Source: Octopus sinensis (lineage: Eukaryota). Taken from it: a stretch of DNA of 64,000 nt. The stretch spans positions 56,172,001-56,236,000 of the forward strand of contig NC_043000.1 of assembly GCF_006345805.1 (NCBI RefSeq), in the 5' to 3' direction. The notes under the pieces were generated by a model, which saw nothing but the letters and a program-made list of their open reading frames with translations, had not been told where the DNA came from and did not search any database. Every line of letters starts with the position of its first letter. The stretch's first letter is position 1. This document shows positions 49,690 through 62,378 of this stretch, piece by piece. A program made the position numbers and the translations under genes.

Positions 49690-49792
49690 ATTACCTCTGC
49701 CTTAGCGAGGGTTGAGGTATTGTTTTTAGTTGCGTTTGTTTGTTTGTCCATGGACAAGATATCTTAAGAACCACAGGGTGGATTTGGATGAA
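49690..49792. mobile_element. Helentron-associated (HINE/DINE-1-like) fragment
   Basis: tacctctgccttagcgagggttgaggta hairpin, then (GTTT)n and gatatcttaagaacc...ggatttggatgaa, an organisation resembling HINE ends; inference. Confidence 0.45.
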
Positions 49793-49965
49793 CAGTTTAA
49801 CAAAAGAGGCCAATACTATTAACAGCAGACTTTAAAAAAATAAACCCTTTAAAGCAGTGCTCCAGTATGGCCACAATCCAATAACTAAGACAAGTAAAAG
49901 ATAAAAAATAACAATCAAAGAATGAGCCAGTATGATAGATTTGATTAGCCTCTCCCAATCATTAA

Positions 49966-50187
49966 CCCTTTAGTTTTTTAACCAGCCATATCCAGCCAAA
50001 ATATTCTACCAAGTTTTATGTTCAAACTGGCCAGATCTGGCCTCTCACACCAACCCTACAATATCATTGTAAAAATTAACAGTTGGCTCATCAAAATTTC
50101 AAAAGCTACAAGGTAATGCATGGTTAATTCAAAACAATGTGAATAAATAAGCATTACATTTGACAGAATTATCTGAATGCTAAATGG
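49966..50187. mobile_element. piggyBac-type MITE
   Basis: TTAA|cccttta...taaatgg|TTAA; reverse orientation of 11327-11539. Confidence 0.8.
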
Positions 50188-51864
50188 TTAAATGTTTGGC
50201 CTTGTATTTCTGTAAGGAATTATTATTGCTATTATACTTACTCTAAAGGTAGCAACCTAAAACTGAGTTTACAAACTAATGAGGGTGCCGCTGTTCACCA
50301 TGCTAGAAATAGCAGCCAAATCCCTCTCAAACTGCACCCTACAATTTTAAAACAGAGAGAAGACACTGACTGGATAATGTAATCCTTCATACAGACCATA
50401 TGTCTCAAGAAAAGACAATACAGTCTTAGATTAAGCACCATTGGTTGTTTATATGTTTGCTCATTCAGGGTTAACTGATGACTAAATAACAACAAACCTG
50501 ACATAGAAGAGAAGCAGAAATCGTTGAGTACCATTCTATCATGTTTCAGGAATTAGTGGTGGTGGTCAGAGGAGGAGGAGTATCTCAGCCTTTTGTCCCT
50601 TGAAAGGTTGATAAAATAAGTATCTGTGATACACTCATGCACGGGAGTTCAGTTTAATCAGCTATATTCCTCTTCTCTAACACATTTTCGATCTTAAGTC
50701 AATGTGATAAATCAATATATGATGTGGAAGAAACCAAAGGACCAAGGGGTGGGAGGAGAAAGAGCAGGAGGAGGAGAGTAAGGGAACGGAGAGAATAATG
50801 GAAGAAGAAGAAGAAGAAGAAGACAGCAAAAACGACAATGACAAGAAGTAAGTAAAGAGGAATAAGAAGGTTGTAAAACAAGGGTGAAAGAAAGCGAAAA
50901 AGATGAAGGAGACAAGAATGCCAAGACAAAAAACAAAAAAGAAAGATGAAGAACAAGCAGTGTGAAATGGTAATATAAAAAAAAATATAAAAATAAATAA
51001 ATAAATAAAAAGCTGATCCATTTGATTTGAACAAGTGTCTGATTGAGGCATTTGTAATGACTGCAAGAAATCTGTTATTTCTCTTGAATTCGATCGGCAT
51101 TTCCTGCCAAGAGAAAAATTACAAACTGAAACAGGAGACACTTTGACAGCTTTTAATTAGATAAGCAGAGAGCTGAATCATGATTTTATTTGGTTAATGG
51201 TTGCTGCTTAATGCCGCAACCCGATTATTAGAGTTTCACTCAGCGACAAATGTAATCCATTATACTGCTGGCCTTTTAACTGCAACAGAACCAACATTTC
51301 ATTTATATGGCTATTATGTATGGAACAACTGCAAGGAGATAGACTATTATTTTAGTCAAGAGAAGAGAGAGAGAGACAGACAGAGAGACAGATACTTTTG
51401 AATTCTATAGATTCTGAAACTGTTGCAATGATATATAGGTAGAGAAATGGACAAGATATACTTAGCTGAAAATTACTGACCTTGCAGAGAATTAGAAAGA
51501 AGAGGAAAAGAAGAAAAATAAAGAATTAGAAGCAGGTGGTGGGTTGCAATAAAAACTGCATTATTTGGCACTGTTTCTGTTATAACCTTTGATGTCCAAA
51601 ATAGCTTACCATGCATTACTAAAAATGAAGAACCAACAAGCCGACTTATTTTGGAAGCTCAAGAATTTAAACAAAGTCATTCAATTTCTCTGATAAGGCA
51701 TACATACATTGTTACAATACAGTTCAGTGGACAGAGTAGCTTCTAATATTCTTGTTCAAGACTGGACTACCATTGGTGAATAGCAATTACATTATTATAT
51801 AAATAGCAATTTCTCACATTGTCCTAATATCACAGATTGAGGCATTGACTTACTCTTTAGTACA

Positions 51865-51942
51865 TGTTATATCTATCCATCTATCAATCTATCTATCTAT
51901 CTATCTATTCATCTATCTATCTATCTATCTATCTATCTAATC

Positions 51943-51998
<56 letters not shown>

Positions 51999-52030
51999 CT
52001 ATCTCTATCTGTGTGTGTGTGTGTACATGT
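51865..52030. repeat. (ATCT)n/(TG)n microsatellite
   Basis: Directly visible. Confidence 0.95.
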
Positions 52031-52081
52031 ATGCATATCTATATGTATGCATGTGCATGTATCTACCTGATATCTTTTAGC

Positions 52082-52370
52082 AGTTTCAGTCAGTAGAGTG
52101 TGGTCATGCTGGGGCACTGCCTTGATAGGGTTTAGCTGAACAAATCAACCCCAGTACTTCTCTAAGCCAGATACATGTTTAATTGACGTCTTTTTGCTGA
52201 ACTACTAAGTTATATGTATGTAAACAAACCAACACTGGATGTTAAGTGGTGTTGGAAAACTAACACAGAGACACACACACACAAAGACTCACAAACACAC
52301 ACACACACACATATGCATGTATTTATACAATAGGCTTCTGTCAGTATTCATCTACCAAATCCACTCATAT
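52082..52370 (-). mobile_element. Family A SINE (diverged)
   Basis: Reverse-complement match. Confidence 0.7.
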
Positions 52371-52379
52371 GTGTATGTC

Positions 52380-52770
52380 ATTATTCAGTTTATTTCAAGA
52401 TTTCTTGCCAATAGAGAAAGAACTGGTTTCTAACCTAGATCCAAGGTTCCTTCATTGGAATTTCAACATCAACAACAGGGTATTTTTGTATGTATGTATG
52501 TGCAGATTTGTATGTTTTAGGTATGTGTTCTCATGCATATAGTTACATATCTATACATGCTCATATATATCTAAATGATAAACTGGAAAGTTTTACAAAT
52601 TTTTACAGTTCCAGTGATGGACTGGATCTGTAGTCTTCGAATTAGCTTTCTCTTTTCTGGTTCTGAGAAGCCTAATTTCTCAAGATTGGTATTTAGGCAG
52701 CGTGTTACATATCCCAGGGCCTCAATAAATACAGGTATAAACCTGAACTTGTAATCTGGATAGAGTAACT
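52380..52770 (-). mobile_element. RLE-type retrotransposon 3' end (same family as 38335-39115)
   Basis: QLLYPDYKFRFIPVFIEALGYVTRCLNTNLEKLGFSEPEKRKLIRRLQIQSITGTVKICKTFQFII* plus the shared 3' UTR. Confidence 0.85.
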
Positions 52771-52925
52771 GTATGTAAGAATGTATGTATGTATGTATGT
52801 ATGTATGTATGTACATAGGTATGTACGTATGTATGTATGTATGTATGTATGTATGTATGTATGTATGTATGTATGTACGTATGTATGTATGTATGTATGT
52901 GTATGTATGTATGTATGTATGAATG
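52770..52925. repeat. (TATG)n microsatellite
   Basis: Directly visible. Confidence 0.95.
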
Positions 52926-53909
52926 TATAACTCTTTATTCTGAAGCTTATGTATAGATGTATATTGAGTATTAACAATAAGTTATTAGTATGCCTAAATG
53001 AAATCATCATATACATGTATGTATGTACTTATTAGCTGAGAAGCCATAGTGTTACTCAAGAGCCTAGGGTTATATCAAAATGCAGTTGACAACAGCATTT
53101 TGATGATGGATTTTCGTACAGTTTTCATCAACTAAATTATTCACAGAGCATTATTTGGCTCAGAGCTACCCTATAAGATACTTGCTCAATGTTCTACACA
53201 GCAGGACTGAATCCAAAAATCACATGGTTGAAAAGCAAACTTCTTAACCACAGAACTATACCTGCAATAGATAAAGCAATAATATATATATATATACTGT
53301 TTCCTATATCTTCTGATGTTTACACGAACCCTAATATCTTAGTCTTTATCTTGGGTTTTCTCACACTGTGAGACATGCAAGGCAGCCAACTTCTACCAAT
53401 GTGATCAATCGACAAAATGTGCATGTGTGAAAAACATATACAAAAGATGCTGGTGGTGATCCGAGTCAGTAAAAATTATTTCGAAAAATTCACTAGTGTG
53501 GATAATTTCATATGAATTTTTGATTTCAAAGAGCTGAAAATTATTTTATCTCTCTTTGAAATGAAAAGTCTGTTCCGAAATGTCAGATTCTTCTTCACCC
53601 AATGGTGTTATAAACTTATCCAAACTGATGACTTTCACTGTAAGGGAGTGAATTTTAAAATATTTTGGATTTCTTGAGATGACACTTATAATTGTGCTTA
53701 AATATCCCAAGGAATAGTTGTTATATTAGCTCCAGGAATACTTAACGCAGGTGGAGAGATGTTTCTAAAATGTAATTTTAACAACAGCTTCATTCTAGGA
53801 ACAAAGAATTCCTCTGTACACACACACACATGCATATATATATATATATATATATATAATGTGCATATGTAAGTACATACATATATATATAACACACACA
53901 TATACATAT

Positions 53910-53950
<41 letters not shown>

Positions 53951-54185
53951 CAAAATAAGCAATAATATATATAAGGAAAATATGTCAAGGTAGAAAATGC
54001 TAAAATAATTTTATCATAAAAAACATTTTCCATGTTACTGCTTAGACAGAGACAAGCAGAAACAAGGAAAATACCCTTTGTATTTGAATACTGTGAAAAT
54101 ATTCTTTTAAAAAACTTTTCATTTAATTTTTCCAAAATTTAATTGTTTTCCATACTTAGAGTTGAAAAAGTCTCAATGACTGAAA

Positions 54186-54387
54186 TATGTTTGCCCTCCC
54201 CACTATCGCTTGACAACCAATGTCGGTGTGTTTATGGCCCCATAACGTAGCGGTTCAGTGAAAGAGACTGATAGGATAAGTACTAGGCTTAGAAAAAATA
54301 AGTCCTGGGGTCGATTTGTTTGACTAAAGGTGGTGCTCCAGCATGGCCACAGTCAATGACTGAAACAAGTAAAAGGAAAGAACAAAA

Positions 54388-54390
<3 letters not shown>
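54186..54390 (+). mobile_element. Family A SINE 3' half
   Basis: cgcttgacaaccaatgtcggtg...tgactgaaacaagtaaaag. Confidence 0.8.
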
Positions 54391-54433
<43 letters not shown>

Positions 54434-55282
54434 GTAAGATAAAAGAAAACAAAAATAAAGTGTATGTGTGTATATTATTTTGAAATGCTGGCTAAAGGTC
54501 AGTCACTCTTTTGTCAACATCCATCACTCTCTACCAATGCCATCTCAACTGTTCATTACTCTCTCTCTCTCTCCCTCTGTCTCTCCTGTTCAAGCTAACA
54601 CTATATTTATATACTGCTAACCACCACACACACACGCACATACACATTCTCTCTCTCTTTCTATGTGACTCGTTACTGACACTCATCACTCACTCTTACC
54701 ACCAACCATTTCTACTATTATCCATCATTCGAATTCTCTCTTACCAGCAACATGTAGCAGCTGCTACTGATTGCCATAAGTGTATCTCTTCTATTACTCC
54801 ATCTAGCATTCCTTCCCCCCCCCCATCCACACTGTCGTCCCAATCACCTTATTTCTTTCACCAAATTCACTCTCCTTTCCCACACTCCCTTCTGCAGTTC
54901 CTCTACCTACTCTATTTATCATGTAACCTTGAATGAATAAAGGCAATATACAGTAAGGAGGTTTCTTTTGTCTTGCAGAGCACAAGGTAGCTTCACTCAT
55001 GTTGGTGCCATGATAGAATTCATCTGGTACAATCTGAACAGTAGTTGAAGAATAAGAAAAGGCAGTGTAGGGTTAAGAGGACACTTTAGTCATGTTCTAC
55101 CTAAAACAAGGCAACCTCTCTGTTTCCAGTGCTTCTATACAATATTCCCATTACACTTTAAAGTGATTGGTGTTTGAGAAAACATCTAGCTGTAGAAACC
55201 ATGTCAAAAATATGATGTACTAGTGAGACATAATCACTCAAACTATCTGTGGAGGAAGAGGGTAGTATTTCTGAGTGGGTAA

Positions 55283-55603
55283 AGGGTAAAGTGTAAAGAC
55301 CCCCTAGAAAGTTTCCCTCCAAGGCACAAGTCTGAGCAAGGTTGTCTACGGAAGACCAGCAGTTGCCCGTGCATACCAGCTTTCCCTCTCCACACAACTG
55401 ATGTTTTTCAAGGGAAAGGCAAAGGCCGATACAGCTTAGCACCAGTGACATTGCAACTCATTTCTACAGAAGACTGAACTGGAGCAACATGAAAAATAAT
55501 GTGTCTTGCTCAAGAACACAACACATAGCCCGATCCAGGAATCAAACTTACTACCACATGATTGTGAGCCTGGCACTCTAACCACTGAGCCATGTACTTT
55601 CAC
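55283..55603 (-). mobile_element. Family C SINE
   Basis: Homologous to 6485-6787. Confidence 0.8.
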
Positions 55604-56175
55604 TTTTGAATAAGAACTGACTTTCATGACATGTAAAGTAGAGGTAATGTAATGATGATAGTAGTGAAGATGATGATGACAATGATGATGATGACAATAA
55701 CAGCAAAAACGATGATGATGATGGTGATGATGATGATGAAGTCTGCATGTGATTTCATTGATGTTAATCAGAAAAGAATGTGTAAACATTGGCAAGGAAA
55801 CCTAAATTTGGTATGCTGCATGTTAAACACATAAATGATTAGTTCCAAATAAAAAAACCTCATGTAGGATTTGTTCCACTGAATTTCACAAAGAACCACT
55901 TGTCACATCTACCATAAAAAATACAGTGAAGTAGTGACTGACCAACTGAAAATTGTTCAACAATTGCAATATGAAATAAGCAAGTATTTATACAGGATTT
56001 ATATTTATTAATGCAAAAATCTTTTGTAAATGTTATTTTTGTTGAGTGCTTTCACTACACAACCAAACAAAGCTCAGAGAATCTTAGGTTACGTAAAGTG
56101 TTTTATTTTGATTTTTTGTAGTTTCTATTTTGACTTTTATAATTTCTTTTGTGTTTGATTTTGTATTTTCTATTG

Positions 56176-56368
56176 AAGGCATGTGGCCTAGTGGTTAAGG
56201 TGTTGCACTCACAACCACAAGATCGTGGTTTCAATTTCCTGAGCAGTAGTGCATTGTATTCCTGTGCAAAACACTTCATTTCCCTTTGCTCTTGGGCATG
56301 TCTTCTGCTATAGTCTCAAGCCAACCAAAGCCTTGTGAGTGGATTTGGTAGACGGAAACTGAAAGAAG

Positions 56369-56409
<41 letters not shown>

Positions 56410-56610
56410 TTATGTATCTATGTTTGTCCTCCCACCATCGCTTGACAACCAATGTTGGTGTGTTTACATGCCCGTAACTTAGTGGTTCAACAAAAGAGAC
56501 CAATAGAATAAGTACTAAGCTTACAAAGAATAAGTCCTGGGGTTAATTTGTTTGACTAAAGGCAGTGCTCCAACATGGCTACAGTGAAAGAATAAAAGAA
56601 TAAAATAAAT
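56176..56610 (+). mobile_element. Composite SINE: family C tRNA head followed by a family A body
   Basis: tggcctagtggttaagg head, then cttgggcatgtcttctgctatag...family A tail. Confidence 0.7.
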
Positions 56611-56757
56611 ATTATTAGAAATTGCATTAAAAAAAATTAGTAAAATATTCTGTATATTGTAGAAACATAAACAATTTATTACACCAATTTTAATAACAAA
56701 ATCTCATATGGACCTCAAAGGTCATACAGGCCCCAGTTGAGAACCATTGCTATAGAG

Positions 56758-56950
56758 CAGTGATTCTCAACCGTATTTTTCCTACAGACCCCTTTGATCC
56801 CCATTTTACTGAGATGGATCCTCATAACCATTCAGTATTTTTTAAAAATCTTACTATATTTTCATAATTAAATATTATAAGTAATTGTATAACCAGTTTA
56901 TTGCACATAAAATTTAACAACAACATATGGACCTTGGTTGAGAATCACTA
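56758..56950. mobile_element. hAT (Charlie-like) MITE, 8 bp from the end of another copy (ending 56749)
   Basis: gagaaccattg|ctatagag|cagtgattctcaacc...ggttgagaatcacta. Confidence 0.75.
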
Positions 56951-57484
56951 CAGTTGTCAGCAAAGCTCTACCTCAGGTTTAAACTCATCACACATCAAGT
57001 GGGCATCTTATACAACTATGAGAGGTTTCACACATTACGACAACATGGATTACATATAAAGCATTAGCATTTCTATGTTTACATATGTGGGATAGATTTC
57101 CCCTTTCAAATTTTACACTTATGAATTGTTAAAACATGCATTCTTGTAGGTTTATCAATGGGTGGCGTTCTCAACATTAAACCACTCAAGTATGAAAAAT
57201 GAATCTAGCTAAGCAATGTGCCCGCCTAGCATAACAGCAAGGAGAACACAATGCTTACAACAAGATTTTAATATGTGAAGTGCAGCTCTGCACATTAACC
57301 TCACAACAATCATCATCAACCTATGTATAACATATATGATAGTATACACTTATACAATATGAATACATGTATACATATACATATATATAATCTGTGTCTA
57401 ATACATATTTATGCATATATATTATATATTATATATACATATTATATATATTATATGTATTATATATACATATTATATATTGCC

Positions 57485-58055
57485 AGTACCACATGACTGG
57501 CCCCCGTGCCGGTGGCACATAAAAGCACCTACTACACTCTCAGAGTGGTTGGCGTTAGGAAGGGCATCCAGCTGTAGAAACTCTGCCAGATCAAGATTGG
57601 AGCTTGGTGCAGCCATCTGGTTTGCCAAGTTCTCAGTCAAATAGTCCAACCCATGCTAGCATGGAAAGCATATGTTAAACAATGATGATGATGATACATA
57701 TACATAGGGGTATACAAACACACATGTACACACAAGCATGCATATATGTATGCAAATATGTTTGTGTGCAGACAGTTCAAATAAAATCTTCCAAAACACA
57801 CACACACACCAAAATATTCTATATATGTGTCTATATATGTTTTGTGTGTGTACACACACATACTTATACACATTTATACATGTAAAAAGCACCCACTACA
57901 CTCATGGAGTGGTTGGCATTAGGAAGGGCATCCAGCCGTAGAAACATTGCCAGATCAGACTGGGCCTGGTGCAGCCTTCTGGCTTCCCAGACCCCAGTTG
58001 CACCGTCCAACCCATGCCAGTATGGAAAGCGGACGCTAAACGATGATGATGATGA

Positions 58056-58058
<3 letters not shown>
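57485..58058 (+). mobile_element. Two RTE 3' tails (family D): 57485-57697 and 57878-58058
   Basis: ggttggcgttaggaagggcatccagc...aacccatgc...(GAT)n. Confidence 0.85.
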
Positions 58059-58091
<33 letters not shown>

Positions 58092-58286
58092 ATACAACTA
58101 TGCAGAAGCTATACAGGACACTGTTGTACATATAACTTTGTGCGTGTGCACACAAGTATGTGCACATGTGCATGTGTGTGGCTGACACAATTAAAAAATA
58201 CAGGAAAACCATACCCACCACATATATAGTAAAGTTAATACTCACATCACCAATTAAAACTAAGCATTTTTTCACTGTTGTTATTT

Positions 58287-58535
58287 CAAGCCTCCTACCA
58301 TTGTAACTATCTGAGATGACTCATCATGTCAGTTGTGTCAAAAATTGGTCACGTGGAGCTCAGTGGAGAGTCATGGAAATATCTCAGATTTAATTGCTCT
58401 TCGTGTGTGTGTGTGTGTGTGTGTGTAAGAGCAATTAAAACTGAGATATTTCTTTAACTCTCCTCTGAGGTTTGCATGACCAATTTTTTACACAACTAGA
58501 ACCGTGTATGATAGTTAAAGTAATGGGAGGCTTCA
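58287..58535. mobile_element. Foldback MITE-like element with a (GT)n loop
   Basis: Arms 58331-58401 and 58427-58497 are reverse complements and extend imperfectly outward (aagcctcc...taactatc). Confidence 0.75.
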
Positions 58536-59689
58536 TACAAATATATATATATATGTACATACACACAAATATATATATATAAATATATATACATAAATAT
58601 ACATACATAAATATATATAATATATACACAAATATATACATATGCACACACACACACACACACACACAGACAGACAGAAAGACAGATAGATGTACATATG
58701 TACATATACATGTATATACACACACTTATACATTATATCAATATATATATATAAATATACATATATATATATCTGACTGAATTGCCTTCATCAGACTGCA
58801 TGCTGAAGGCAACTAAGTCACAGTATTATCAACCTTTTTCTAGTAAAAATAAATTAGATATTACTACTTAAATGTATAGAGTGTACCTTCATTTAATACT
58901 TGTCTTTTTATTTTACATGCCTATACATAAAAGCAAACATTATATATATTATATACATATATTAACAAGCACAAATACACACACACACACACATATGCAC
59001 TTGTATATATAAATATATACATAATTTAAAGTAAATAGTCAGAGATATAAATTCTAAAGCGCTTACCAAATATTTGAAGCAGGGTAAATAAACAATTATA
59101 TAGATACATTTTATTGAAAGAAAAAAATAATAAAATAAAATAAACAACCTCGCAAAAATAGCATAATAATCCTAAAAAGCAGTATGAAACATCGAGCTAC
59201 TTGAAAATGATTTATAGACACTAATTAGCAAATGAAAAATAACATTTAGTCTCAAAATCATTGTTGCATGGTAGTTTAGTAAATGTAATTACCAAATGAA
59301 TGTAAGCCATATAATAAATAAGACTATTGCCAAAAAATAAATAAATAGATAAAGGAAAGCTTTTTTCCTATACTATTAGTCACAGTAGTAGCATTATTAA
59401 TACTAGTATTAATATAATTATTATATTATTATTTCTGCATTAATTTTTTTATGTCACATTTTTTTCTACTTTCACTGGTTTCCTAATTAATTAATTGACA
59501 TTAACCCTCTCATAGCAGATTTTGTGATTTTTTTTCTTAAAGGAAAGGATAGAAAGATAACCATAGAAAAAAAGAATGGTAACAATATGATAAGCTTTAA
59601 TCATCTCATCAAAAATATTAACATTATTATTGTCATTATTATTATTGTTGTTGTTGTTTTTACAGTTGTTGCTGATGTTGTTAGGTCTA

Positions 59690-59804
59690 CTTTGCCTGTC
59701 ATCCTTTCAGGGTCAGTAAAATAAGGACCAGTTGGCACTGGGGTTGATGTAATCAACTTACCCACTTTCCCCAAAATTGATGGCTCTGTGCCAAAATATG
59801 AAGC

Positions 59805-59846
<42 letters not shown>

Positions 59847-60415
59847 TTAAGTGGTGAGCTAGCAGAATGGTTATAGTGCTGGGTAAAATGCTTAATGACA
59901 TTATGTTCTGTCTTTCCTTTCATCATTTCAGGGTCAATGAAATACAAACCAGTTGAGCAATGGGTTTGATGTAACTGACTTATGCCCTCCCCTAAAATTG
60001 CTGGCTTTGTGTCAAATTTTGAAATCCTTATTATGATTATTATTAAGGTGGTGAGCTGGCAGAATCATTAGCAAGCCAGACAAAATGCTCAGCAGCATTT
60101 GCTTTATTTTCTGAGTTCAAATGCTGCTGAGTCTGACTTTGCCTTTCATCTTTTTGAAGCTGGTAAAATAACTACCAGTTGAACACTGGGATCGATGTTA
60201 TCAAGCAACCCACCCTCCCTTCAAATTTCAAGCCTTGTCCCAATATTAGCAAGAATTAGTAGTAGTGATGGTGGTGGCAGCAGCAGCAATGGTGGTGGTG
60301 GTGGTGGTGTTTGAGAAGGGAATTGGCAGAATCAGTGATGCATCAGACAAAACTGTCCCTTTCAATCCTAAGCTGAAAATCCTGCCTAAGATCAACTTTG
60401 TCTTCTATCCTTTAT
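59690..60415 (+). mobile_element. Chain of four family B SINEs with trinucleotide spacers
   Basis: Copies at about 59690, 59850, 60045 and 60320. Confidence 0.75.
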
Positions 60416-60469
60416 GATTTTGAATAAGTGATTGTGAAGCAAAATTATAACCACAAGAATAATTGTGCG

Positions 60470-60501
<32 letters not shown>

Positions 60502-60511
60502 TGTGTGTGTA

Positions 60512-60780
60512 TCAGTTGAATAAAGTTAAGTTTTATACTTCTAAGAGGTATAAAAAAGAAGTCAGTTATTTTACTACAGTTGTCAAAACTCAACTGTCAG
60601 TGAAATACGTTTTGAAATCTGATGATTACTATAAACATATGAAAGCACTAATTGAACTTTATGAACATTACAAAATATTCTTTTAATGTTTAACACATTT
60701 CAAAATTGTAAAAATATTTTTTTAAATACAATAATAAAAAAACACGAAAACCAGACCGTGTTTTAACTTTATTCAACTGA
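60512..60780. mobile_element. Small TIR element (Tc1-like ends)
   Basis: Perfect 18-bp IR tcagttgaataaagttaa / ttaactttattcaactga. Confidence 0.7.
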
Positions 60781-60816
60781 CATATTATTCTATACACATT
60801 TACACAAGTTCGCAAA

Positions 60817-60874
<58 letters not shown>

Positions 60875-61751
60875 GTTTCTCATTGTGTTCGACGTTTTTT
60901 TGGTGTCCTGTACCCATATATGCATGTATATATACATGTAGAGGTAGGTACGTACATATATGTATGTATATATGCATATGTTTTATTTATTTATTTATAT
61001 ATGACTGAACGCACGCATCCATTTCTAAGTAAGATTGTTCTTAATATTAATAATGATGCACACTCTTAACCTTTCTCTCCCCCTTCTTTTGGCTTTCCTT
61101 TTCTTCTACCTTACTGTCTCTCTCTCATTCTTCATTCTTTTCTCTACCACCATCCCCGTTTTTTCTCTCCCTTTCTCTTACTCCTCCTCCTCCGTCCCGT
61201 CGCGGTCACGTGATGAGATGCCTATTTCTGTCTTTTCTTCTCCAGCTTCCTCCAAGTAGGGACGGTAAAATCTGTTTCTCTGCCGATCCCAAAGAATAGC
61301 GTTCGTAAAATTTTTTTATCTCGTTTGGCTTAACAGCCTTTCTTGTTTGTGTTACTGTTATTCTCTGTTGTCCTGTTTATATTTTGTACTGTCGCTACTG
61401 TCCTGTTTTTGTTACCATTTTTACCCCTCCGTGAAAAAATCTCAAATTTTATTTAATTTGATTTTCGCGGGAAGGAAAATTTCATTGAAGTCATGTATTG
61501 CCTGACCTTCGAAACGTGGAGTAGATGAAATTAAGGTGACTGATGAAGGAGAATTTTCCTTGTTTGTATGTCCTGTACTCTATTTTCTCATAGTTTAAAA
61601 AAATGTCCATTTCTTCGGTTTTGTGTTTATGTTTTCGTTTCTCATTGTGTTCGACGTTTTTTTGGTGTCCTGTACCCATATATGCATGTATATATACATG
61701 TAGAGGTAGGTACATACATATATGTATGTATATATGCATATGTTTTATTTA
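60875..61751 (+). mobile_element. Non-coding element bounded by 115-bp direct repeats (Penelope pLTR-like organisation)
   Basis: 60875-60989 and 61637-61751 differ at one position; CpG-rich interior; CTGATGAAGG and CGAAACGT hammerhead-like remnants at 61480-61560. Confidence 0.65.
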
Positions 61752-61757
61752 TATATA

Positions 61758-61796
<39 letters not shown>

Positions 61797-61844
61797 TTTA
61801 CACACACACACACACACACACACATGCATGCACATTTATATTAC

Positions 61845-62070
61845 AGCTGGCAGAAACGTTAGCACGCCAGGCAAAATGCGTAGCCATATTTCGTCTGTCA
61901 CTACGTTCTGAGTTCAAATTCCGCCGAGGTCAACTTTGCCTTTCATTCTTTCAGGGTCGATAAATTAAGTACCAGTTACGCACTGAGGTTGATATAATCA
62001 ACTTAATCCATTTGTCTGTCTTTGTTTGTCCCCTCTGTGTTTAGCCCCTTGTGGGTAGTAAAGAAATATA
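61845..62070 (+). mobile_element. Young family B SINE
   Basis: CpGs largely intact; long-tail subtype. Confidence 0.9.
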
Positions 62071-62130
62071 TATTACATTTATTGCAGTGTGTATGTGTGT
62101 CCTTGTGTGATAAATGTCCATGTATATATT

Positions 62131-62378
62131 GAGGCACACAACTTAGTGACTACACAGTGTTGGACTGACAATCATAAGACTGTGGTTCTGATTCCTGGAC
62201 CGGGCAATGTGTTGCGTTCTTGAACAGTGCACTTCATTTCATGTTGCTCCAGTCCACTTGACTGGCAAAAATGAGTAATCCTGCAACAGGCTGGCATCCC
62301 ATCCAGTGGGGAATATATGTGCCATGGAAACCAGAAAGTCAGCCCCATGAGTCTATATGACTCATGAAGGATCATGGG
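62131..62378 (+). mobile_element. Family C-like SINE (diverged)
   Basis: gtgttgcgttcttgaacagtgcacttcatttcatgttgctccagtccac core. Confidence 0.7.
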
